64,000 bases of DNA from Candidatus Latescibacterota bacterium (GTDB lineage: Bacteria > Latescibacterota > UBA2968 > UBA8231): assembly GCA_965261395.1 (NCBI GenBank), contig OZ253462.1, forward strand, positions 2,944,001-3,008,000, given 5' to 3'. Shown here piece by piece: positions 28,354 to 36,805 of the stretch. The position numbers and the translations under genes were made by a program. The notes beneath the pieces were generated by a model. The model did no database searches, was not told where the DNA came from, and saw only the letters and a list, made by a program, of their open reading frames with translations. Every line of letters starts with the position of its first letter. Position 1 is the stretch's first letter.

Positions 28354-28443
28354 CGGTTCGTCCCCGCGGATACGGGGAACATCCTACGTGTAGTTGGATG
28401 TCGTCGCTTCAATCCGGTTCATCCCCGCAGGTGCGGGGAACGT
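28354..28443 (-). CRISPR. mini-array (repeat-32 nt spacer-repeat) between cas7 and cas5
   Basis: CGGTTCGTCCCCGCGGATACGGGGAACAT (28354-28382), spacer 28383-28414, CGGTTCATCCCCGCAGGTGCGGGGAACGT (28415-28443). Confidence 0.9.
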
Positions 28444-28462
28444 TTTGCCAAATAGCAAATTG

Positions 28463-29521
28463 CTACAGTTCCTCCGCTGCGAAGGCGGCTAGCTCCTCCA
28501 ACATGGCACTATCCTCTTCACCTACATGGAGTTCGCTGGCTTCCCAATCGTCGTCGTAGGTCTTCGCAAAGGCGGTACGCTGCTTCTTGAGTACCTTTAC
28601 GGACTCCCCGAGTTGGTCTTCCGATTTTACCGGCTTGGTGAAGGCACTAGCCAAGCTGCGAGGTTGGCTATCCCCGCGCTCTAACAACATGTATTCGGCG
28701 CGTACGTGATTGGCGAAGCTGTTTTTCTTACCGGAAGGCGATGCGGTCGCCGCAGCGCGTACTAGCGCGGAGAGCGCACGGCCTGCCAGTTCTGTATCGC
28801 TCGCAAGATTTTCCAGCAGCAGGACCCTATTTACGCAGATGTAGAGATAGAAGACGCCAGCGCCGAAACCCGCCTCTCCGATGAAACCCGCGCCCGCATC
28901 CTCTTCTGGGGTCTTCAGATCGTCAACAGCCGTGTAGTAGTCATCTTCAATATCGACTCGGTTGGTGGTAAAGGCATGAGCCACTTGCACGGCGGCATCG
29001 CGGTTGAAGTCGGGGTTGTCAGCCAACATGCGCCCGAACATAGCAATGTCCACGGCACCGTCGGCAGTGCTTAGGACCTGTTTCGCCAGTTCCTTTTCCT
29101 TCGGTAAGGTTTCCCCGCTCAGTGCCTTTTCTGCCAAATCGAATGCAGCAGCGCGTTCCTCCGGCGAGATGAAGGCTAGCTGTTCGGTATAGGCCGGATT
29201 TGGGTCTTTCTCATTCTTTACTTTACCGAACAGAGCAGCGATGGTCCGGGCGATTTCGAGCGCCTTGTCCTCCGAAGCACCCTTTTCTAGCAGATGCTCT
29301 CGCACCTTGTCGCCCATACGCTGCGTGCGCTCGCCTAGCTTTCCCGTTAGGGCGGACCGGAAAGCGTCGTCCGTGCGGATGGCGCGTTTGAGGGCTTGGC
29401 TGGAAATGCGCATCCGCGACACACCGCCGATGAAAGCGGTCTTGGGACGGCCGAGGTCGTCTCGGTTGGGGTTAGACGGTGGATAGGCTGTCAGAACGTG
29501 CATTTGCACAAAGCGGCTCAT
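28463..29521 (-). CDS. cas7: Cas7e (Cse4/CasC)
   Basis: YPPSNPNRDDLGRPK, RISSQALKRAIR, DIAMFGRM, DYYTAVDD, PSGKKNSFA. Confidence 0.97.
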   Translation of the reverse strand: MSRFVQMHVLTAYPPSNPNRDDLGRPKTAFIGGVSRMRISSQALKRAIRTDDAFRSALTGKLGERTQRMGDKVREHLLEKGASEDKALEIARTIAALFGKVKNEKDPNPAYTEQLAFISPEERAAAFDLAEKALSGETLPKEKELAKQVLSTADGAVDIAMFGRMLADNPDFNRDAAVQVAHAFTTNRVDIEDDYYTAVDDLKTPEEDAGAGFIGEAGFGAGVFYLYICVNRVLLLENLASDTELAGRALSALVRAAATASPSGKKNSFANHVRAEYMLLERGDSQPRSLASAFTKPVKSEDQLGESVKVLKKQRTAFAKTYDDDWEASELHVGEEDSAMLEELAAFAAEEL

Positions 29522-30090
29522 AGTTGAGTCTCCTCTTGGGGTTGGGTGTTCTCTGCGGCATCGGTCCGCCGCGTGTGATAGTAATCAAAGGTCCATTTCT
29601 GCCGAGTCTGGTCGTTAAAGAAAAGCACATCGCCGATAAAGCGAGGAACGTCGAATGGCGCATCGCCCAAAATAGCAAGGGTCCGGCGCAGTGCCCGTGC
29701 GAACATGTCCACATCAGTGCCATCCTTGAGCAGGTTGCTGAAGCGCATGGGCGACAGGCGTGGACGGGCGTCGCCTTTGGGGATGGAACCATCCCACGTG
29801 AGGCCCAAGGCGTCAGCGAAGGGGGGGAGATGGGCGGTCCTCTCGGAGGGTTTAACCCGCGCAAGGGCCATAGCCAGCACGGCGAGGCGCTGCTCAAGCG
29901 CGTGGCCGGCGGTAGCCTTTTCATGCACACTGGCGATCAACCTGTGGGTTTCTGGCTCTAAGAGGGCGTCGAATACGCTTTCGCAGCGCTTCAGCCGCGC
30001 CCGTGCACCCCGGTCTCCGTGGTCCGCGTGAAGCGATACCCACCAGTTCACCACTGCATTGACGGTAGGGTTATTTCGGTTGAGCTGCAT
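29518..30090 (-). CDS. cas11: Cas11e (Cse2/CasB)
   Basis: DRGARARLKRC, LSPMRFSNLL, WTFDYY; position between cas8e and cas7. Confidence 0.92.
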   Translation of the reverse strand: MQLNRNNPTVNAVVNWWVSLHADHGDRGARARLKRCESVFDALLEPETHRLIASVHEKATAGHALEQRLAVLAMALARVKPSERTAHLPPFADALGLTWDGSIPKGDARPRLSPMRFSNLLKDGTDVDMFARALRRTLAILGDAPFDVPRFIGDVLFFNDQTRQKWTFDYYHTRRTDAAENTQPQEETQL

Positions 30091-31748
30091 TAAGCGGTCT
30101 CCTTTTTGGTTTTGGATTTTTTCTCTGGCAAAGGAAGTTCGAGCTTGTCGTAAAGCGACTTGCTCTGCTTGGTCCAGCCAGCAAAGGTTGCGTTCAAGAT
30201 GCCGTAGGCATTGACGATTGTCTTGGCCTTCTCGGCGTCTTGCAAGGGCACGGGTGCCAGTCGGTCAAAAGTCGCAAGGGCTGCGCGGCGCATGATACCT
30301 AGCCAGTGCCGTGCGAGAGCGGTCTGGTCGAAGCCCCCATCTTCGGGCATTTCTTGGAGCAGATCGTCGAGCAGGTGGTGGAATTGGTCCTCGGTTGCGT
30401 CGAAGAAATCAGCCCGCGCTTGGTCGAGAATCCCCTTATCGTTTGAGGCATTCTTCTGGCCGCTGAAAAGTGCCTTTTTCAAGGCTGTTAACAACTGAGA
30501 AACCGCTTGATCGGCGGCTTCGGAGAAATGTCGGGCGAGATCGTCGAGAGCCTGTTGTTGATCGGATGTATTCGCCAGATGCAAAGGCTCCTCGGCGATG
30601 AGATAGGCGATTGCTTCCATGTTGTTCATGGCCCAACCGCCAACGCGGATGCGAGCATCGGCCGCTTGTTTATTCTGGCTAAGGGAATGGGAGCGATTAT
30701 TCTTGGAGAGCTTGATATTTGTGGGCTGTTCAGCCAGCTTGCCATCCTTGCTCCCTACCGTGACGGCAACCCAGTCTCGATAGCCAAAGCGTCCTGATTT
30801 TGGCTTGGCCGAATACGGCTCCCCTGCCTCTTTCAGGCGGCGGTAGGGCGTCAGCGGATGCTGCCATAGCCCATAATTTGTGCCGTAGGGCCTCTGGATA
30901 AATCCGGTGACCAGCGGTTCTTTTCTGCCGGTCATGGAGCAGATGCCCGGCTCGCTGGAAAAGACTAGCTGGATGCGGCGCGGCATACCGAAATACGCCT
31001 GCAAGGGGTGGGCGTCTGCTAGAGATACAGTACGACTTTTTTCCGATGTGAGTGTCGGGGCCATCCAAGGCAGGGCCTTGGGCAACTCATCTATTGGGAG
31101 TCGTTTATCGCAAGGCACCACATTGGCGAAAATTTTGTGCCACAAAGGCACGGGCGTTGCATCGTCATTAGTCGCCGGAACGACCAGTGCCGTCAAAGGC
31201 CCGCCTCCACGCATGGAAGTGCGGTTCCCGGCACCGCCGGCCGGCGCGTAGGCTTGCAGGGTGTACAGCGTCATGGCCGCAGCCGGTAGGCCAAGGGCAG
31301 CATAGCGGTTGCGGTGAGTCAATAGGTCCGAGTTTTTGCGCTGGCCGTTTTGCCCTGGTGTGTCGATGAGCAGTAGTTCAATAGGAGTTTCGTTGCCTTG
31401 CAGGGGCTCATAGTCCTGTAGGAAGCGCGGCCCTTCGCCGTTGAGATAGAAGGCAGAAACAAGAGGGGCGAGCTTTTCGGCGAGCGCGTCTCTATCCGGC
31501 GGATTGGTCCAAAAAGGACGCCAGTCGTCCTCTTCGCGGATATCGAAGGCCAACGAAATCACGCCGATGCAGAACTCGAAGCTCGCCATGTTGAAATCCG
31601 GGCGCGGCCAGTTAAACTCGACCGGGTAGTCTTCATCCAAGCCGTTGCTTTTGGGTCCAGCCACTAGTTCGGGAAAGGCAAGCCATCTCTGTGCTCCAGA
31701 TCGCATGACGACCGGGAGAAAGGGATCACTGAGCAGATTAAAAGTCAT
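30090..31748 (-). CDS. cas8e: Cas8e (Cse1/CasA)
   Basis: FNLLSDPFLPV, PRFLQD, APAGGAGNRTSMRGGGPLT, MPRRIQL, HPLTPY; AAGGAG RBS. Confidence 0.96.
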   Translation of the reverse strand: MTFNLLSDPFLPVVMRSGAQRWLAFPELVAGPKSNGLDEDYPVEFNWPRPDFNMASFEFCIGVISLAFDIREEDDWRPFWTNPPDRDALAEKLAPLVSAFYLNGEGPRFLQDYEPLQGNETPIELLLIDTPGQNGQRKNSDLLTHRNRYAALGLPAAAMTLYTLQAYAPAGGAGNRTSMRGGGPLTALVVPATNDDATPVPLWHKIFANVVPCDKRLPIDELPKALPWMAPTLTSEKSRTVSLADAHPLQAYFGMPRRIQLVFSSEPGICSMTGRKEPLVTGFIQRPYGTNYGLWQHPLTPYRRLKEAGEPYSAKPKSGRFGYRDWVAVTVGSKDGKLAEQPTNIKLSKNNRSHSLSQNKQAADARIRVGGWAMNNMEAIAYLIAEEPLHLANTSDQQQALDDLARHFSEAADQAVSQLLTALKKALFSGQKNASNDKGILDQARADFFDATEDQFHHLLDDLLQEMPEDGGFDQTALARHWLGIMRRAALATFDRLAPVPLQDAEKAKTIVNAYGILNATFAGWTKQSKSLYDKLELPLPEKKSKTKKETA

Positions 31749-31770
31749 TGATATCTCCTTAAAATATATA

Positions 31771-31821
31771 ACTAACCAACAGCTTACTACATACTCTAAA
31801 GAGGCAATCGTACCTTGTCAA
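31771..31821 (-). promoter_or_regulatory. sigma70-type promoter of cas8e with adjacent ATG PAM and crRNA-like RNA target
   Basis: TTGACA (31821-31816), 17 bp, TAGAGT (31798-31793), then ATG (31792-31790) and TAGTAAGCTGTTGGTTAGT (31789-31771). Confidence 0.8.
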
Positions 31822-31842
31822 GGGCAAGTTGCGGTCCATCAT

Positions 31843-31919
31843 TAATTAATCCCCGTGTGTACGGGGAACACGTTAGCCGACAGCATACTACGGCTCATTC
31901 CCGCGTCTGCGGGACAACA
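31843..31919 (-). ncRNA. CreR/CreA-like crRNA-like regulatory RNA (degenerate repeats with a 19-nt spacer)
   Basis: Repeats 31891-31919 (overlaps the cas3 stop) and 31843-31871 with compensated stems; spacer TAGTATGCTGTCGGCTAAC matches the cas8e promoter region. Confidence 0.85.
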
Positions 31920-34633
31920 AATCTAAAGCCCAGTCGGGCACAGTACATAAAATAACCGTCATCCTTCGCCCCTTCCAATCGCACCCTACTGCCCCCTTCT
32001 ACCACGGCTATCAATATTTCGCGTTCCCACTCCGGCCAGTCGCTTTTGGCCTGCTCTTGAAGGGCTTGGTCCTCGGGCGATGGCGAGGCTCCAGCGAGAA
32101 AATTCTCCCGTACCCGGATTTCAGACAAGGCCCAAGCCCTGTTGGGATCGTCGTCGGGTACCGTGCACCAAGGAATAAGACGATCTTCCTCTATACGAGC
32201 CAAACGCAACATAACGGTCGGCTCTCCCAGCCGAGTGCCAATATCTTCTGTGCCGCTCAATTCCGTCGGCAGGCTACCGTAGCCCTCTTCTAGGCTGACG
32301 ACGTTAAATCGGCCCAGCGAGCGACTGCCCATTTCCTTCCCTTCGTCTTCGATTTGCTTTTCTTCAAGGGCTGGCGGCACATCCCCATTGGCGTAAACGT
32401 ATTCAATCAACGGGCGAAAACTTTCCGGCGTGTCAATACATCCAGCGTCGGACAGGGCCTTCGCGCTGCGCCACATCACGCCGGCATTTTGATAGACAAA
32501 CGCTGCCTTGCCGAGTGCCGGCTCAAGCCAGTTTTGGTCTTCTACCTGATCCGGGTCCGGCGAGACTATGAGGGTATGCGGACTCTCTACAGGGCGGCTT
32601 TCCGGTGGACGCTTGTCCAAATGACGCCACATCCGACCAGCGCGCTGGATGATAAGATCCACTGGCGCGAGGTCCGAAATGACGAGATCAAAGTCGAGGT
32701 CGAGGCTTTGCTCAACCACCTGCGTGGCTACAAGGATATGGCCGGCCCGGCCTGTCGCTTTGGCGTCGCGCCCGAATCGGCGCAATACATCATTTTCTAT
32801 GACCTGCCTATCGCTTTGGGCAAACCGAGCGTGGAAGAGGTGAATGTGATCTGGGTTGTCCATTTGGCCCACAAGCGATTCATATACAGCGATGGCCTCA
32901 TCTACTGCGTTGCAGATGACCAGCACGGCCGCTTCCTCTTTTGCTGCGGAGAGAGCTCGTGTCTCGGCGGTTATTCGGTCGGGCAGGCGTTCTACCGTTA
33001 CGCTACGACGCAACGCAGAATCGAATCCCGACTCGCATTCCTGTACTCCGCCGATTGTGGCCGAGGTGAGCAGCGGGTACGCCTCACTGCATAGTTGATC
33101 GCTCAGATCTTCTGGGTCGCGCAAGCCGAGACCCTTGGCAAACGCCTCTGCCATATCGCGACGTTGCTGCAGAGATAAGGTCGCAGAGAGCACTATGGCG
33201 GAGCCGCCGTTTTGGGCGTGAAGTTCCAGCAGCGCGGAAAGTTCCTCGCCCATATAGGCATCAAAGCAATGGGCTTCATCAACTATGAGGATGCGGCCAG
33301 CCAGCCCGTATTGACGCAAGGTTAGATGTCTTTTAGGGAGGATCGAGAGAAAGGCTTGGTCAATGGTCCCCGCTCCGACATCTGCGTAAAAGGCTTTTCT
33401 TCGGTCGTCTGCAATCCATTGGGCGCAAAAGGCGGATGCGGTTTCATCCTCGCTGCCATTGGCCATGTCAGTGGAGTTGACGATGGCGCGGAACGCCTCG
33501 GACAGGTTCGACCTGCCGTGTGCCAAGACGAGTGAGAGGTCTTCGGAGGCTGAAGTTTCAAACAGCTTCTGGTAAGTCACCGCCAGCCGCTCGTACATAG
33601 CGTTGGCCGTTGCCATAGTCGGCAGCGCAAAGTACAGACCCTCGCCTTTGCCCGCCGCCATCATCCGGGCTGCGAGCATGATGGCCGCTTCTGTTTTACC
33701 GGCCCCTGTGGTGTCTTCTAAGATGAACAACTGCGCTCCGTCCTTGAGCGGTGCTTCTTCCGCCAGTTTCTGCATGGGTCTTGGATGAGGGGCAGCTTGT
33801 GGAGCAAAACTAGCATAACTCGGACGGGACTCCGGGGACTGGGCCAGTAACCCCTTTCCCACTAGGGCTTTTTCGGCCTGAGTAAGCGCCCACTCCCAAT
33901 AGTCCTCCAGCCTCGTATCGACCGATTCAAAAGAGAAGTAATCGGAGTCTGAACCGACCCAGTCGGCCAGTGTGACAAGCCCTGACAAGCGCCAAGACCA
34001 CTGCGCCGTCTGCTTCTGCTTTTCGAGAGACGATAGAGGCAGAGGCTCTATCAGGTTCCGGAGCATACAAAAGGCAGTATGAGCCGCGTCCACGCATTCC
34101 TCACCAAGCTGCTGGTCGCGCCGAGCTTTGCCTGGATCGGCATTTACTTCATCCTGTCCCTCGGGTGGTCGTCCATGGTGCCCCGCAATGGCAGCAATGA
34201 TCGGTGCTATATCATAAGGGATGCTAGGGAATAAGCTGGCGAACTCTTGGGATATTGGCTCGGCCCTGAGAAGGATAGCCGTGTTGCGCCAATGACCACG
34301 GTCGGCGATTTCTCTCTTCGGGCCAAGGACCTGCTCTGGCCACAATTGGGGTACCTTCGCCTGAAAGCTGCGTGAAAATTTGCCAAGATCGTGTATGCCA
34401 GCCAGAAAAGCAGTGATCTTGGATAAGCACTCTGGACTCGCTTTCAACAAAGCGGCCTCGCGCTCAAGACGGGCAGGATTCAATTGCTGCCATCGCAGGG
34501 CGACAGCAGCGACATCCATCAAATGATGTAAGACAGGCTTATAGCTACGTGTATCATTGAATACAGTTTCCGAGGAATTGCCAGCACTACGAAGCGTCTT
34601 GCCCCAAAATTCCAAGAGGCGGGCGGCTTCCAT
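31895..34633 (-). CDS. cas3: Cas3 HD nuclease-helicase
   Basis: HLMDVAAV, HDLGK, HHG, DWVGS, TTGAGKTE, DEAH, LSAT, ATQVVEQSLDLDFD, QRAGR; likely start MEAARLL 1 nt after the upstream stop. Confidence 0.97.
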   Translation of the reverse strand: MEAARLLEFWGKTLRSAGNSSETVFNDTRSYKPVLHHLMDVAAVALRWQQLNPARLEREAALLKASPECLSKITAFLAGIHDLGKFSRSFQAKVPQLWPEQVLGPKREIADRGHWRNTAILLRAEPISQEFASLFPSIPYDIAPIIAAIAGHHGRPPEGQDEVNADPGKARRDQQLGEECVDAAHTAFCMLRNLIEPLPLSSLEKQKQTAQWSWRLSGLVTLADWVGSDSDYFSFESVDTRLEDYWEWALTQAEKALVGKGLLAQSPESRPSYASFAPQAAPHPRPMQKLAEEAPLKDGAQLFILEDTTGAGKTEAAIMLAARMMAAGKGEGLYFALPTMATANAMYERLAVTYQKLFETSASEDLSLVLAHGRSNLSEAFRAIVNSTDMANGSEDETASAFCAQWIADDRRKAFYADVGAGTIDQAFLSILPKRHLTLRQYGLAGRILIVDEAHCFDAYMGEELSALLELHAQNGGSAIVLSATLSLQQRRDMAEAFAKGLGLRDPEDLSDQLCSEAYPLLTSATIGGVQECESGFDSALRRSVTVERLPDRITAETRALSAAKEEAAVLVICNAVDEAIAVYESLVGQMDNPDHIHLFHARFAQSDRQVIENDVLRRFGRDAKATGRAGHILVATQVVEQSLDLDFDLVISDLAPVDLIIQRAGRMWRHLDKRPPESRPVESPHTLIVSPDPDQVEDQNWLEPALGKAAFVYQNAGVMWRSAKALSDAGCIDTPESFRPLIEYVYANGDVPPALEEKQIEDEGKEMGSRSLGRFNVVSLEEGYGSLPTELSGTEDIGTRLGEPTVMLRLARIEEDRLIPWCTVPDDDPNRAWALSEIRVRENFLAGASPSPEDQALQEQAKSDWPEWEREILIAVVEGGSRVRLEGAKDDGYFMYCARLGFRFVVPQTRE

Positions 34634-34634
34634 C

Positions 34635-35402
34635 TCAGCGGCCCATCCACCCGCCATCGACGATTGCGATGGTCCCATGGACGTAGTCGGCTGCTCGCGA
34701 CGACAGCCACACCACCGCGCCTTTTAAGTCGTCCGGCGTGCCCCACCGGCCCGCTGGAATCCTCACCAGTAGTTGCTCGTTGCGCACGGGGTCGTCGCGC
34801 AGGGCCTGATTGTTGTCGGTGGCGATATAGCCGGGGGCAATGGCATTGACGTTGACCCCGCGACCGGCCCATTCGTTGGCCAGCGCCATCGTCAACTGCC
34901 CGATCCCGCCCTTGGCCGCGGCATAGCCCGGCACTGTGATCCCGCCTTGGAAGGTCAGCACCGAAGCGGTAAAGACGATCTTGCCCCGGCCGCGGGAGAG
35001 CATCTGCTTGCCGAATTCCCGCGCCAGCACGAACTGCGCGTTTAAGTTGACCTCGATGACGTGATCCCAGTCTTCGTCTCCATGTTCCTCAGCCGGGGCG
35101 CGCCGAATGGTACCGGCATTGTTGATGAGGATGTCGATTGGGCCGACCTCGGTGTTGACCTGCTCGACGAAGGCGCGGACCGCTGCCCGGTCGCTGAAAT
35201 CGCAAGCGTATCCTTTGAAGCGCTTGCCGCGCTTGGCAATGTCTTTGCCGACCTCGGAGTCTACTTCCAGCGAGGCGCTGACGCCGACGATATCTGCGCC
35301 CGCCTCGGCCAATGCTTGCGCGAACCCGCGTCCGATGCCTCGACGGCATCCGGTGACCAGCGCCGTTTGGCCGTCGAGCTTAAAGAGATCCAAAATCCCC
35401 AT
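34635..35402 (-). CDS. SDR oxidoreductase (2-dehydro-3-deoxy-D-gluconate 5-dehydrogenase KduD-like)
   Basis: TGCRRGIG, NNAGTIRR, FQGGITVPGYAAAK, DGGWMGR. Confidence 0.85.
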   Translation of the reverse strand: MGILDLFKLDGQTALVTGCRRGIGRGFAQALAEAGADIVGVSASLEVDSEVGKDIAKRGKRFKGYACDFSDRAAVRAFVEQVNTEVGPIDILINNAGTIRRAPAEEHGDEDWDHVIEVNLNAQFVLAREFGKQMLSRGRGKIVFTASVLTFQGGITVPGYAAAKGGIGQLTMALANEWAGRGVNVNAIAPGYIATDNNQALRDDPVRNEQLLVRIPAGRWGTPDDLKGAVVWLSSRAADYVHGTIAIVDGGWMGR

Positions 35403-35403
35403 G

Positions 35404-35778
35404 CTATTCTCCTTGGTTCTGTCCTTGAAGAACGGTCAATGCATCCCACGTCGCCGGAAATCCGCCGAAAGCGCTCATCTGCAACATGACCTCCTCAATC
35501 TCCGTCCTTGTGGCTCCACAACCAAGGGCTCGGTCGATGTGAACAGCAAGCTGTTCCGGCCTGCCGAGAACCGTCAAGGCCGCGATCGTACACAGCAGAC
35601 GGGTCTTGATGTCCAGCCCGTCCCGTCCGTACAGGTCATGCATCACGTGCTCCATCACGAGTCGCTCGAACTCGGGATGAAGTGTGCGCATCTTCTTGGC
35701 AGCGGCCTCTGCAGCGGCCTCTCCGAGCATCGTCGAGAGAACTCTGCGCCCTGCTTCGTAGCGTTGACTTTCAGTCAT
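35404..35778 (-). CDS. carboxymuconolactone decarboxylase family protein
   Basis: RDGLDIKTRLLCTIAAL...H...GATRTEIEEV...GFPA. Confidence 0.85.
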   Translation of the reverse strand: MTESQRYEAGRRVLSTMLGEAAAEAAAKKMRTLHPEFERLVMEHVMHDLYGRDGLDIKTRLLCTIAALTVLGRPEQLAVHIDRALGCGATRTEIEEVMLQMSAFGGFPATWDALTVLQGQNQGE

Positions 35779-36805
35779 ACATCCTCCCCCCTTGGGTGTC
35801 GATTAAAATTTTGACCGCGTCGGTGCCCGCAGTCAGCCGGGCAAAGGCGTCGGGCAGTGCGTCTAGGGGAAGGTGCTCGGTAATCAGCTCGTTGAGCGGC
35901 AGCGCGCCGCTGGCCGCTAGCTCGATGGCGCGGTCGTAGTCTTCGGGTTCGTACACGCGCACGCCGCACATTTTTAACTCGCGCCAGAAGAACTGAAAGA
36001 GATCGACTTTAGGCGCGTCAGTGAAGATCGCCACTACCACAATCCGCCCTCGGACCTTGGCGAGTTTAGTCATCACCTCGGCTCCGGCCGGCGAGCCAGA
36101 GACCTCGAAGACTGCGTCGGCCCCGCCGCCTCCGGTCCAAGCTTCGATGTGGGCGACCAAGTCCTCCTCCAGTGGGTGGACGGTTTCCAGCCCCAGCGCA
36201 TGCGCTGCCTTCAGCCGATAGGCATTGACCTCGGCCACCCGCACCTCGGCTCCCGCGTGCTGCGCCACCAGCGCATTGAGCAGGCCGATCGGGCCGCCGC
36301 CGATTACCACCACTCTCTCGCCCGGTGCCACCCCGCCCAAGCGCACGTCGTGGCAGGCGACTGCCAGCGGCTCGACTAGGGCACCCAGTGTCAGGGACAT
36401 GTCGTCCGGCAGGCGATGCAGTGTATGGGCCGGCACCGTCCACGACCCCTGAAAGGCCCCCGGACTGTCGATGCCGATGAAGTTTAGGTTCTGGCAGATA
36501 TGGCCATTGCCGGCGTTGCAGGCCGGGCACGCGCCGCAAGCCTCTAAGGGACGCACTACGACCGGATCGCCCACGGCCCAGCCTTCGACATCGGCCCCGA
36601 CTTCCGCGATCCGCCCCGACATCTCGTGCCCAATGACTTGGGGCATGTCGATCCGGCGGTCCTGATGGCCCAGGTAAATGTGAATATCCGTGCCGCACAC
36701 CCCGCAATAGGCCACTTCGATTCGCACCTGACCCGCGCTAGGGGATTGCACTCGACACTCGCCGATTTCGACCGTGCGGTCGCCGCAGTAGTAGGCCGCC
36801 TTCAT
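35771..36805 (-). CDS. Zn-dependent sugar/sugar-acid dehydrogenase
   Basis: GVCGTD, GHEMSG, CGACPAC...C, GGGPIG. Confidence 0.92.
   Translation of the reverse strand: MKAAYYCGDRTVEIGECRVQSPSAGQVRIEVAYCGVCGTDIHIYLGHQDRRIDMPQVIGHEMSGRIAEVGADVEGWAVGDPVVVRPLEACGACPACNAGNGHICQNLNFIGIDSPGAFQGSWTVPAHTLHRLPDDMSLTLGALVEPLAVACHDVRLGGVAPGERVVVIGGGPIGLLNALVAQHAGAEVRVAEVNAYRLKAAHALGLETVHPLEEDLVAHIEAWTGGGGADAVFEVSGSPAGAEVMTKLAKVRGRIVVVAIFTDAPKVDLFQFFWRELKMCGVRVYEPEDYDRAIELAASGALPLNELITEHLPLDALPDAFARLTAGTDAVKILIDTQGGRMYD

Noticed and set aside
31749-31842. CreT-like RNA toxin next to the CreR-like guide
   Set aside because: The targeted promoter leads straight to the cas8e RBS and ATG; no separate mini-ORF or toxin RNA is evident
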